Source: Microthyrium microscopicum (Eukaryota). Taken from it: DNA of 64,000 nt. The position numbers and the translations under genes were made by a program. Shown piece by piece: positions 52,095 to 63,116 of this stretch. Every line of letters starts with the position of its first letter. Position 1 is the first letter of the stretch. The notes beneath the pieces are model-generated. The model was given only the letters and a program-made list of their open reading frames with translations, was not told where the DNA came from and did no database searches. The stretch lies in NCBI GenBank assembly GCA_010405405.1, contig MU004242.1, positions 407,751 through 471,750 of the forward strand. Direction: 5' to 3'.

Positions 52095-52152
52095 GCACAA
52101 ATATCGCAGGATGGAAGCACAAGTATCGCAAGTACGGAGCACAAATATCGCA
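52095..52152. promoter_or_regulatory. Three GCACAARTATCGCA boxes at exact 22-bp periodicity upstream of the metallothionein TATA box
   Basis: Copies at 52095-52108, 52117-52130 and 52139-52152 with non-identical 8-nt spacers. Regulatory role inferred from position. Confidence 0.55.
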
Positions 52153-52757
52153 CGGCTGGGGTTTTACATCATAGCGCGGATCCTGTCAGTTGGTGGCGAG
52201 GGTTTTGGCGTATCACGCGTCTCCTGTCCCTGACTTTGCCTTAAAATTTTGATGTTTGAGGCCAGCACTAAGCGCTACCAGGTCACTACCTTCCCGTCCC
52301 ATGATAAGTGCTTGATACCAGTTGAGTCAGGACGGGCTGTGATTGGCAAAGGGTTACAATTCCATGCTTGTGAGTGGGCGCGAAAAACTCGCAGCCAGCC
52401 TCGCCTGAACCGGGGCATTTCTAAGAAAGCAGCTAACATTTGCTTGGGAATGCGGCTCGGAATGTAGGGCTCGAATCTTCCTGGTAACCATGAACGAACC
52501 AGACCCTTCCAGTGAAGTCCTTAAGTGAATATCATAAGGATTTGTGACATCAGGTATGATGAGTAAATGACGTTCAGCTTACGCAGCATTCCTTTGAGCA
52601 CGATCTTTCATCATCAAGCAAGACTCCAGATACCCCGTTTTTCTGGCCTGGCAGGAAAAAGCAATACATTCGTTGCGGGGGATTGAGGGGTACATAGATC
52701 AAGAGATCAAGGTTAGCTGCTTGAATTAGTCGGAGGTAATTCCGGGGTAAGTTGGTA

Positions 52758-55700
52758 CAGTGCTGCAAGAGTTGAGTCCTCCCCCCCCCTGAAATTGTGA
52801 AATGGCGCTTCAGGCCGTAATTGGGTGGATCCGCGGGAGGAACTAGGCGTTATAGTGCAAATTTGTAGGGCGCCTCCTAGTCGCGGCCTATTAGTAGCCC
52901 CTAAAAACTATTCTTCCTAAATATTATATCTTAGGTCGCTTTTAAAGCTGTATTAACGACGTAGATAGTGGAATAGTGGTGTTTAATTACTACTCGTTCC
53001 TTACTTTAAGATATCTTAAACAAGTAGTATTCCTACTAATTAATAGCGTTTAAAGCTCTTTAATAGTAATTATATCTTAACGGAGCTAATTAGGCTATAA
53101 TCTTAAGTTAGGTTCCTAAAAATATTAAAGCTAAAGTAGATAAAAGGGTAGTATTTCTACTAGTAGAGTTAAAGATCTAGAGTCTAAAATATTAAATAGT
53201 ATAGAATTATTAGCGTTAAGGGCTATTTTATTAGTAATTAGATCTAATAGTAATAAAGAAGCTAAAGATCTAGTACTAACGATGCTAATAGAGTGCTATT
53301 TTAAAGTTAATAAAGAAGTAAGAGTAATAACTATAAAATATCCTATTAATCTAGTCTAAAATTATTAAAATATACCTATTTAACGTTATCTTACTTTTAA
53401 TAATTCCTTAATATCTTCTATATAACTTCCTACTACTATTTTAGTACTAAAATACTTCTTAATACTATAGTTTATACTTATTAGGTTCTTAGTCCTATCT
53501 AATCTCTAAACCGCTATATCTTAACGCGCGTTATAAGTAAATACTACGCGCTAGTACCTAAAAAGGCTACTAGATAGTTATTTAAGATTTATATAGATAT
53601 AGATAAAAATTTTTTACTAAAAATGCTTACGCTAGCCCTAAAGGCTTTAGCTATATCTTCTTATCTTAAGGATCTAATTCCTATATCTTATACTAAGCCT
53701 ATACTATTACCTATTCTTTATAGTAGAGTTAATATAAATACTATTATTCCTAATTATTTACTAATACTACTAGCTTCTTAGGTTTAACTAGATAAGTATT
53801 CTTTATAATAAGATAGTAAGACTTAAGATATCTTAAAGTATACTACTAATAGATTATATCTTTAAGATATTAATATTACTTAACCTCTTCTAATTAAAGT
53901 AACCTAAAATATTTCTAACGCTACTTAGGATATTATTTATAAGTATTAATATAGCCTAAACTATATCTAAGAGACGTATTTGCCTAGAACTAGTATCTAA
54001 AACGCTATAATAAATAGTACTTAGTATCCTAAGATATTTTTACCTAATTCTAGCGCTCTAGTTCTCTAGATTAATTCTACGCCTTTAGCTCTACTAGCGC
54101 CTAAATTCCCTCTTAAAATTATTGTTATTACTAAGATCTAAAAGCGAGAAATAGCTGCTGTTAAGAATAAATTTAATTATCTTTGCTAGAGTCTAGTTAT
54201 AGCCTTTAAAAAGGCTTAAGAATAGCTTAATTTATGCTTAAAAGAGCGAGGAATGATATATAGTTTAACTATCTTAATATAGATATTTTTAAAGTAATAG
54301 ATAAAGAGAGGAACTAAAGATCTTTAATATAGCTTTAGTATTAATATAGACTTAGTTAATAGAAAGCTTAATAGTATTCTTACTCTAATTTAGCGCTAAA
54401 TTACTTACTAGTACTAGTCTAATTTCCGTAATAACTCTTAACGTGTTAGTAATTCTAAATAGAAGATTCTGTTTACTATTACTAAGCTAGAACGTTCTTC
54501 TCTAGTATTAGCAATAGTAATAGAGATATTAGAGTAAGTAGATCTACGCTATGAAGAATATTAATGGCGTATTAATTTTGCTTCTTAATTTATGCTATTA
54601 GTAGATAAGTATCTTTATATAAAGAAAGAATATCTAAATAACCTTAATAGAGGATATTATTATAAGGATCCTTGTAATAAATATATCTTCCTTAACGCTA
54701 AAGATATAAATAATTAGGCTTAAGTACTAGCGAAAGGTAAATATACTATTAAAATACTACCTAATGTTATAATAATAAACCTATTAGAAAGCACTACTAT
54801 TTAAAGAGCTTATTATTAATATTAAATAATAATGGTATTAAATTCTACTCTATAACTTATTTATATTAATATTTACTATAATTAAGAGAGCTTAAACTTA
54901 CTTAGTAGGGCCTTTAGTAAGGTCTAGAGTAGCTAAAACTAGCGTACGCGCTCTAGCTCTCTACTGCGTTATAGTAGATTAGCGGTAGCTTTAGGTTTAA
55001 TCTCTAAGCTATTATTAGTCTAAAAATACTATCTAGAAGATAAATTTAATACATTTAATAGCTAGTATAATATTAATTTAGGTTTCTAATGGCGTTTAGT
55101 ATTTAAAGCTATTATTAAGGCTCTTTAAGAAAAAGGATATTGTTTAGGCCATATAGTAAGTAAAGATTATACTTAGTTTGAGAGCTTTTTAGTAGGGGCT
55201 ACAATTTGGGATTTTAACGATATAATTAAACTTTATAAGGAATTTATTACTAATTTCTATTAGTACTATTTATATTAGATTTCTCTTATTAATGATACTA
55301 GTTCTAAGTTAAGTAGGTAAGATTTATAGTAGTAGTAGTTTAATATTAAATTCTTATTATAATGTAAAGAAGTTAGGATTAGAAGTAATAATTAAAGCTA
55401 TTTTCTAGATATTTCTATATAACCCTAGGCCTTAAGGGATTTTAGCGTTCTTTATAATATAACCGCTATATTAAATATACCCTTTAGCTTGCTTCCTACT
55501 AGGTACTCTTTTACCTAAAACTTTGATTCTAATACCTAAAAACTGCCTAAAAGATAGAGAATTCTTATAGCTATACTACTAGTAGTTATTTGTCTTTAAC
55601 TAGGCCTTTAAATTACTAAAAAACTCTTTAATAAGATTAAAATCTAGGTAATATGGCGGTAGGAATTCTAATTATACCTTTATAGTCCTAAATATTTTGT

Positions 55701-56751
55701 AGACCTCTTTACTATAATAAAAGGATATATTATCTATAATAATAATACTTTAAGGAAGAGGATAAGGCTAATAAACGTCTAGAAGCTTATTCTTATATTA
55801 CTAGGCAAAGCCTTTACTATTGCTATTAGTTTTATAGATATCTGCTAATAAGATACTATTAATGCTATATACTAGTAGGATATTATACTATTTAGTAATG
55901 TTACTAATATTCTTTAATTTCTACTTATTAAACGCTAAGAAGCTTTTAATATTAGGCTTAATACCTAATTTATTCTACTCTCTTATTCTTAAGACGCTAG
56001 TAATCCTATACTCTACTTTATTAACGAAGATAAGCTATTTAGAAGTATATTTTAATATATAGATATAGTATTTGTAATAGGCTTTAGTAAAGCGCTAGGT
56101 AATAATAACCTTTAACTATAAGATATAAGAATGTATCTACTAGTGTTGCTTTATTACTAACCTTCTTTTTAGTATAATTATGCTTATTTAGGACTTAAGA
56201 TATAATCTGTTAACTTACTACTAATCTAAATGTATTAATAATAAACTTATGTATCTTAAATTGTATTAAATTAGGTTAATAAAGTAGATATTTAAATAAT
56301 GCGACTTATATATTATAATTTAATACTAGAAGAAGGCCTAGATGCGATTTTATAAGATTAAATAAGCTCCTAATCTTTAGTACTTAACGCTAGTATTTTA
56401 TAATATTCTTATAGTATCTAATAGCTCTAGTAATAGTAGTCTTAGTATAGCTAAGATTAATTATATCTTATACTTATTTTTACTTTAAATTATTAAGATA
56501 GGGCGGCATATTAAAGAGTTATTTGTTATAGTATTAGAATACTAAAAATTAGGATATTTAATAAAGATTTAGCTTTAGGATAACTAATATTGTAATTTAG
56601 AAAGAGGATAGAGTTAGTAAGATTGATCTAAGGGGCTATGCTACTAAATTTGTATACTAACGCACTCTTTAGATCTTCTCGCCCTTTAATTACAGCCTGA
56701 AGCGCCATTTCATAATCTAGGGGGGGGGAGGACTCAACTCTTGCAGCACTG
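52758..56751. mobile_element. RIP-inactivated Tc1/mariner (DD34E) DNA transposon, about 4.0 kb
   Basis: TA on both flanks (52756-57, 56752-53). TIRs of about 65 bp beginning CAGTGCTGCAAGAGTTGAGTCCTCCCCC; interior extremely AT/TpA-rich with stops in all frames. Confidence 0.92.
55430..56570 (-). pseudogene. RIP-degenerated Tc1-type transposase (boundaries approximate)
   Basis: Minus strand 55740-55621 reads IIDNISFYYSKEVYKIFRTIKV*LEFLPPYYLDFNLIKEF, a RIP-altered version of the Tc1/IS630 motif MDNxxxH...LEFLPPYSPDFNPIE, with 34 residues between D and the inferred E. Confidence 0.8.
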
Positions 56752-56757
56752 TACTTA

Positions 56758-57111
56758 CCGTAGAAAAACGACAAGATGTCCGCAAACAAATGGGCGTTAG
56801 AGAGGCGTTTTTAGGGCGTTTTCAAGGCTTACTTCTGTTCTCTATATTTTCTATATTTCTTCGCTTTTGCTTTAAAAGAATGCTTCGAATTCTAAGAGTA
56901 GGTTGAGTATATTAAGCCTTTATTCGTTTTTCTACCTCTAACTTAATATAGCTTGAAGATACCTAGATTCTATATACTAAAAGTCAGCTTTAGAAAGTTA
57001 AGCTACTTGATGGCTTATTAACCTTGCTATTTTGAACGCCCCGTCAGCCAAAAAGGCTGTTTTGGCTGAATCGATTGGCTGGTTTGCGGACATCTTGTGG
57101 GAATTCTACGG
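56758..57111. mobile_element. 354-bp MITE-like element with imperfect TIRs of about 30 bp and TA flanks
   Basis: Left CCGTAGAAAAACGACAAGATGTCCGCAAAC versus reverse complement of right end CCGTAGAATTCCCACAAGATGTCCGCAAAC; TA at 56756-57 and 57112-13. Confidence 0.8.
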
Positions 57112-57119
57112 TAGAAGTA

Positions 57120-57265
57120 CCGAAAACTTCTGTTGAAAAGTGACATGCTAGCGTGGTTTTCTAGCGACGTTTTGTCCCTAAGCAATAGCGGGAATCCCCT
57201 AAATAAGCAGCGCCCCCTGCAAGAAAAACCACGCTAGCATGTCACTTTTCAACAGAAGTTTTCGG
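57120..57265. mobile_element. 146-bp MITE with perfect 41-bp TIRs and TA flanks
   Basis: CCGAAAACTTCTGTTGAAAAGTGACATGCTAGCGTGGTTTT and its exact reverse complement ending at 57265; TA at 57118-19 and 57266-67. Confidence 0.88.
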
Positions 57266-57754
57266 TAAGTGGTTGGAACTGCCCGATCCGAGATCTTGTG
57301 AAGGTTTTAGGTAACTGCTTAATTTTAGTCTTGTTGCAAAGTCCCATTTACGGTTGAGCTAAACTGGCTGGCCTTCATTCAGACTTGATCAGAACGCAAC
57401 TTTATTTATGTTGAAACTTGAAAAGCCCGTCGTTCCTCCATTCGTTGTCCGACAAATCTATCTGGGCGTTACTAGATCGTTCATATCATCGGATTCTTGG
57501 ACAGCGAGATCGCAGTGAGCATGTTTTTATCGCTAAGCAATCTCTACTCAGACTTCCAGTTATCTATCGTGCAAAATACCCCTCCATACATGTGATATCG
57601 GACCAATGGCAGCTACAGTTTCTCTGTGCTCTCGGTCGTTGATAAGCATCAAAAGTGATTTCAATGTCACGATGTAGACCGTCACTTCATTTGCTCTTAT
57701 ACACGATTCCAAACTTGTATCCTCCAGTTTTCCGATCACTCTCCGTGCTGAAGG

Positions 57755-59204
57755 ATGGTGGAACCTTTCCAGGACGACCAGCGACGCTCGTTATTGTCGA
57801 CTTTCATGAAAAAGGCTGATGTTTACCATGGAAAGGTTCCAGGATTGAACAAGATTCCATTCAGATCTGTAGCGATAATTGTTTTTATTGCCATTATCAA
57901 TTTGATAGTCTGGGCGGGCTGTGGCGTTGTACTGGTATGCATATCATGAAGGGCATAGCCTAGAGTATACCATATTACTGACGAAATGGCCTACGTATAG
58001 AGCTTTCACAGGTATATACATCTTATTTTCGACAGCTGAACTCTTTCTAAGTTGGAGAGACTCCTAGTGCCTACGGCTGTACTGGCATACACACTGGGAC
58101 TTAGACATGCACTGGACGCAGACCACATATCCGCGATTGACTTAATGACCCGACGTCTGGTTGCTGATGGAAAAGAACCTGTGACAGTTGGAACATGGTT
58201 TTCACTTGGTCATTCGACGTAAGCTCAACTGAATTTCAGCAAAAGAGGCTGGACCTGGTGCTAACAGGAGTCAGAATTGTAATCATCACATCAATTGTTG
58301 TTGCTGCAACAGCTCAAGCAGTATCAAAGAAATTTGATGGCTTTTCGCGCGTGGGAGGCATTGTTGGAACTTCCGTGTCTGCTACTTTTCTCATTGTTCT
58401 TGGTATGATGAATATATACATCTTGTATAAACTCGTTCAGGAGATGCGACGCCAGCTTCGAGCACCACTCACTGGCGCTTTCAACCTACAGTTTCAAGGA
58501 ACTGGCTTCTTATTTGGGTTGTTGCAAAAGCTTTTCAAGCTGGTCGATAGGTGAGACTGAGCGCTGAAAATTGAACCACGAAATTAACACTAATAGACTT
58601 TGTTTGCAGGCCATGGAAAATGTATCCCATAGGCGTCCTATTCGGACTTGGATTCGACACGTCTTCAGAAATCGCACTACTTGGAATTGCTTCCATCCAA
58701 GCTGCTCAAGGAACTTCCGTCTGGGTCATTTTGATATTCCCCATCCTATTTACTGCAGCAATGTGTCTTCTAGATACCACTGATGGAGCTCTGATGATGG
58801 CAGTATATACACGGACTTCTGCAGCGCGAGATCCGATCGTTGTTTTGTATTACAGTATCGTTTTAACGGTCGTCACTGTCCTGGCTGCACTAGTCATCGG
58901 CGTGGTACAAGTCTTGTCTCTAATCATGAACATTGCTCAGCCATCAGGCCCATTCTGGGATGGCGTTGGCTTTGCAGGAGATCACTACGACATAATCGGT
59001 AAGTCGGTAAGCCCTTTCAGCATCTCAGAGAGACTAACACTCTTTGCGACAGGTGGCAGTATATGTGGTTCGTTTGTTGTTTTTGGAGGTCTTAGTACTC
59101 TGTTGTACAAACCTTGGAGGAGATGGATTGAAACTAGGAGACGACATGCTACTCCTGAACTTGGACCAATTTGGAACGATGAAGACGCGATTGTAATCGA
59201 TTGA
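57755..59204 (+). CDS. High-affinity nickel/cobalt transporter (NiCoT, Nic1-like), 6 exons
   Basis: Exons 57755-57934, 58001-58011, 58060-58218, 58275-58550, 58610-58998, 59053-59204. Signature [50 protein letters not shown]. Confidence 0.92.
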
Positions 59205-59337
59205 ACAGCTTCGCAGCACCACGAGTTGGCCAAGAGGCTTGGGTTGTGCGACGAAATAGAGCATTGAAACTGCAAACCTATTGTACATCCGATCTACTGA
59301 TATCCAGCACAGGATAAACATCAAGGTCAAGCGAACT

Positions 59338-59704
59338 TGAGCAAACAGAAATTATTTCAAATGTGCGCGTTGAAAACAAACTGCTGGTCTGATGTTTCTT
59401 CGCTTGGGTCGAATAACCTCACTGAGCTCATTTCATGGAAACAGCTTCTGACGATGAGCAAGATTCTCGATTCTCGATTCTGACAACCATACATCACTGA
59501 GCAATATCTTTGACATTCATCGAGACATTCTGTGGGAAAAAATTCCAGATTATTTTAGAACATATCAAATCTTTCGAGCCATCAGTAATTAATTTGTTGA
59601 ACGGGACCCAACTTTCCCAATACCCACTCAATGGTTGGCTGGCTTCTCAGGCTAAGCCGACAACGCCTTCCACTGCAGCAATGAGCATAATAATAACATG
59701 CTCA
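59338..59704. promoter_or_regulatory. Cluster of Mac1/Cuf1-type copper-response elements (TGCTCA core) upstream of the Ctr gene
   Basis: TGAGCAAA 59338 (reverse complement TTTGCTCA), TGAGCAAG 59455, TGAGCAAT 59498, and an inverted pair TGAGCAT-N9-ATGCTCA at 59682-59704. Confidence 0.65.
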
Positions 59705-59832
59705 CATGCATATCCCGACTTCATCCCAACTTTCTACAACTCCTCACCTCCAAATCTTATTCATGAAATACACCTGCCTCTCGTCCTTTAATCACCATCC
59801 AATACATCAAAAATCACAGATCACAACTCACG

Positions 59833-60712
59833 ATGGACATGCCCATGCCCATGACAGCCACATCTGGCGCGATATCTGGCACAATGTCTAGAGTAATATC
59901 CATAGCCACACCTAGCAGCACACCCGCAAGCAATTCCAGTCCCATGATGGGAATGATGGGAATGTCCAACACCTTCTCCACATCAACAAAAGTCACCCTC
60001 TTCGTCACAGACTGGACCACCGACACGCCCGAAAAGTACTTTGGCACTCTCGTTGCGCTCTTCGTCATCACACTACTTAACCGCTTCCTCGGCGCCTGGC
60101 GCAGCCAGTTGGGCAGGGTATGGGCTGACAAGGCTGCGATTGCACGTCAAGAGCAACTCCATAGACGGAGGGCAAAACGACGCGCCAAGAGAGCGAAGCA
60201 AAGACACTTCAGGAGAGAGGACAAACCGAAGCTGGATATCACTACGGATTCTTGTCATTCTAGTAGAAGCGAGGAGTGGCAGGCGGAATCGGAGCCTCTT
60301 TCTCCACGCGATATAGAGAAGATTGAGGAGTATGATTCAGATTCTGGTATGTCAGATGCGGAGTTGGCGATGGAGAAGCATGTTGTAGTGCCTCTCGCAC
60401 CGGCGTGGATGTCGGTTTTCGGTGGGCGGTGGAGAGCGGGAAATCCATGGCGGTTTAGCATTGACGTTCCACGAGCATGTTTAGAAGGGTTAAGAGGGTT
60501 CATTGGGTATCTACTGTAAGTCTCTCCACGTTATATGGAAATGCATTTCCTGTTTAAAGTTGCAGTGACTGACATGAACCAGAATGCTAGCGGTAATGAC
60601 TTTCAATGTTGGTTTCTTGGGAGCAGTGTTGTTTGGTATCGTTGTAGGAGAGCTTATTCTCGGCAGATTTATTAGTGGTACTGGATGGGAAGAAGGGGGA
60701 TGTCATGACTGA
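59833..60712 (+). CDS. Ctr-family copper transporter, 2 exons
   Basis: Met-rich N-terminus (MDMPMPM, MMGMMGMSNTF), LFVTDW. Intron 60516-60582, then MxxxM motif LMLAVMTFNVG, GxxxG (GIVVG), C-terminal GCHD*. Confidence 0.92.
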
Positions 60713-61337
60713 AGAGCCAGAGATCTGAGACCATTTGCGATATAATGCGGCTACATTTGGCCATACAAGGCGACCTATTTATACCATGCATCAAGCGAGT
60801 CCTTGGTATCCTTTTATCCAGAATGGAAAAACCACACGTCAAACAGAACTTGGGGATGAGTATGTTGTTGACAATATGCACCTCTGCCATGTGCTCAATG
60901 AAACTTCAGGGACGAGTGTTCTCTTTGACTAGTTACTGGACAACGAGAGTGACATACATTTACCTCGCACTCTAAGACGTCAATCATAGGCTTTCGAATA
61001 AGAAGATCAGATGCTCTTGCGCTAAACCTTGTGATCCAGGCAATACATTTGTCATGTGCGATCATACTGCTCTAGTAACAATATACACAATGACGGAATA
61101 GTTGCTCGTTTAGGAATGGATTCCCTCAGGACTAGGCAGTTCTTTTAATGCTTGAAGACTCTTTGCCCATAAGTCTACTGTGGTTAGGCAAAGTCAATTC
61201 TCGGCACGTTGCATTCAGGAACCAAGTTGACAAAAATGAAGGAATAATTTGATTATTCCTAGTTCTTTATCTTGGCTATCGTTTCGATGAAGAATTGGTG
61301 CAATGCACTAGCACACCAGTTGCACGGTCATGTCATT

Positions 61338-63116
61338 CTAGGGATTAGAGTAAGTTTCATCATCACAACAAGCACTATATAACGGGCCATCCAAGATTCC
61401 AATGCATATCTTTTTTTGCACCTCTGCTAGCTTTGCTAGCAAAGCCTTCCTTTCAGGACTCGGCTCATAGTACACCTCGTCATCCACGCAATAGTCTCGG
61501 AAAGAAAGCCGTATATCTTTCAAGTTTGGTAGTGCATCGCTATTAGTGGGTAGCTCATGCAGCAGTGCAAGTAAGATATCCTCCTCGGGCAACTCTGACC
61601 TTATTTCGACCCTTTCGATTGAAGGAGGAAGAATCTGAGTCAGGGGATATGGCAGCTCAGTCTCAGTGGAATTCCCCGGGGTCGAAATCTTTCGCATGCG
61701 AAGGACACGGGTATCTACTTTCAGGTACTTCAATGTCGCGAAGTGCCTGAAATGAGTGATTTGGTAGTTTCCGTAGATTGGTGCGTGGCCATACGTGTCG
61801 TCATCGAAGGATGTCGTAAGAACAAGGTATTGCAATGTGTTTTTGAAGCGTAGTAGGCTACCCAGGACTCTTCTTGGATTCCAGTACAGATGTTCTTCGC
61901 CGTCGACTGGCTCGTTGTTGACTTGAGTCTCATCTTCGGATTCAATGTCTTCAAAGACAGCTGTGCCATGGCTGGGTTGTGTGGTGGTCTTAATTGGTTT
62001 ATTCATGGGCAAGAGCTTTACGCAATCCTCGGTCAGAGTTTCGTGTTCAGCCTCATTGCCGCTCTCGGGCAGATCTTCATTCGCTTCGCCTTGACTACTA
62101 GAACGCAGTGCTCGTATTGAAGTACAATCCTCCCAAACGAAGGTATGCAGGCCTTCAATTTGCCCAAGAAAGAGTTCCAGACTGCGAATTTGAGTGTAAC
62201 AGTCAAAAAATGCGAGTTTCCTCAATCTCAAAATTGGTTTATCGCAAAATCGGTCAAGGTGTCTTTCTGACTCAGTGTATAAGAAACTGTCATACATATG
62301 ATGCACATACAAAGTCTCCAGCCGCGGTAGCAGAAGAAATGAAGTCAGGTTCATTATTGACGACTTGTAGCCGTACACGCAAAGTCTTTCAAGCTCTTGA
62401 AAATAGAATCTTCCACGAGTTGCATGAATGATTGCAGATAGAATGGGAGGTTCAGGACATGAAGCGAAGCCGTAGTTGCAGAGAACAAAGTCGAGCGTCT
62501 TAAGATTGGGCAGCAAGAGTAGAAATGCTGCTTGACAGAACTCACAGCAGATTTCCTTGCCATATTCCTGGACGTTATCTGCCTCGCACAAGCAATGGCA
62601 TCTTTTCAGATCCGAGCCTATGCCAATGGTATCATGGGTAATGTCGAGGTGTGAAATTTCAGAGTTCTTGCGGAGAAGTGATTGATGTAGCTCAGGAGAT
62701 TGGGAGCTGTCTTTCCAAAGAGCCCAGCGGAAATCTTTGGTCTGCGTGCAGTCCCATCTTGCGTGAGTCAAGTATCGTAGGAGCAAAAGCTGGTATTTGG
62801 CTGGGGCTTGAAGCAGAGGACGGAAGAATGGGAAGGGCATCGATGGTGCACGGTGACTGAAACCAGGTGCTGGTGGTTGTGATATGAGCCTCGTGCACCA
62901 GAGACCTGATCCCGGAAGAACCCAATTCTTGCAGAAGTTATGAGATTCAATGAGGGGAATACCGACCGAATACATTCGCTTGCAAGTCAGAATCAATGAT
63001 TGGAAACCCGATGGCTGGCTGAATTGAAGAATGATGAATAGCAGTTCGGTTGGTAGTCGGAGGATGAAATCCTTCATGCTGATAGGCAAGCCTGGCTCCA
63101 CTGGATCCTGCTGCAT
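61338..63116 (-). CDS. F-box domain protein with LRR-like repeats (intronless; start may be 63077)
   Basis: 592-aa ORF; ILRLPTELLFIILQFSQPSGFQSLILTCKRMY F-box; LPNLKTL, LPRLETL, FATLKYL, LPPSIERV, LPNLKDI segments. Confidence 0.82.
   Translation of the reverse strand: MQQDPVEPGLPISMKDFILRLPTELLFIILQFSQPSGFQSLILTCKRMYSVGIPLIESHNFCKNWVLPGSGLWCTRLISQPPAPGFSHRAPSMPFPFFRPLLQAPAKYQLLLLRYLTHARWDCTQTKDFRWALWKDSSQSPELHQSLLRKNSEISHLDITHDTIGIGSDLKRCHCLCEADNVQEYGKEICCEFCQAAFLLLLPNLKTLDFVLCNYGFASCPEPPILSAIIHATRGRFYFQELERLCVYGYKSSIMNLTSFLLLPRLETLYVHHMYDSFLYTESERHLDRFCDKPILRLRKLAFFDCYTQIRSLELFLGQIEGLHTFVWEDCTSIRALRSSSQGEANEDLPESGNEAEHETLTEDCVKLLPMNKPIKTTTQPSHGTAVFEDIESEDETQVNNEPVDGEEHLYWNPRRVLGSLLRFKNTLQYLVLTTSFDDDTYGHAPIYGNYQITHFRHFATLKYLKVDTRVLRMRKISTPGNSTETELPYPLTQILPPSIERVEIRSELPEEDILLALLHELPTNSDALPNLKDIRLSFRDYCVDDEVYYEPSPERKALLAKLAEVQKKICIGILDGPLYSACCDDETYSNP

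Noticed and set aside
52900..56650. AT-rich block as centromeric, mitochondrial or foreign DNA
   Set aside because: Bounded exactly by TIRs and TA flanks and contains a transposase relic; TpA excess is explained by RIP.
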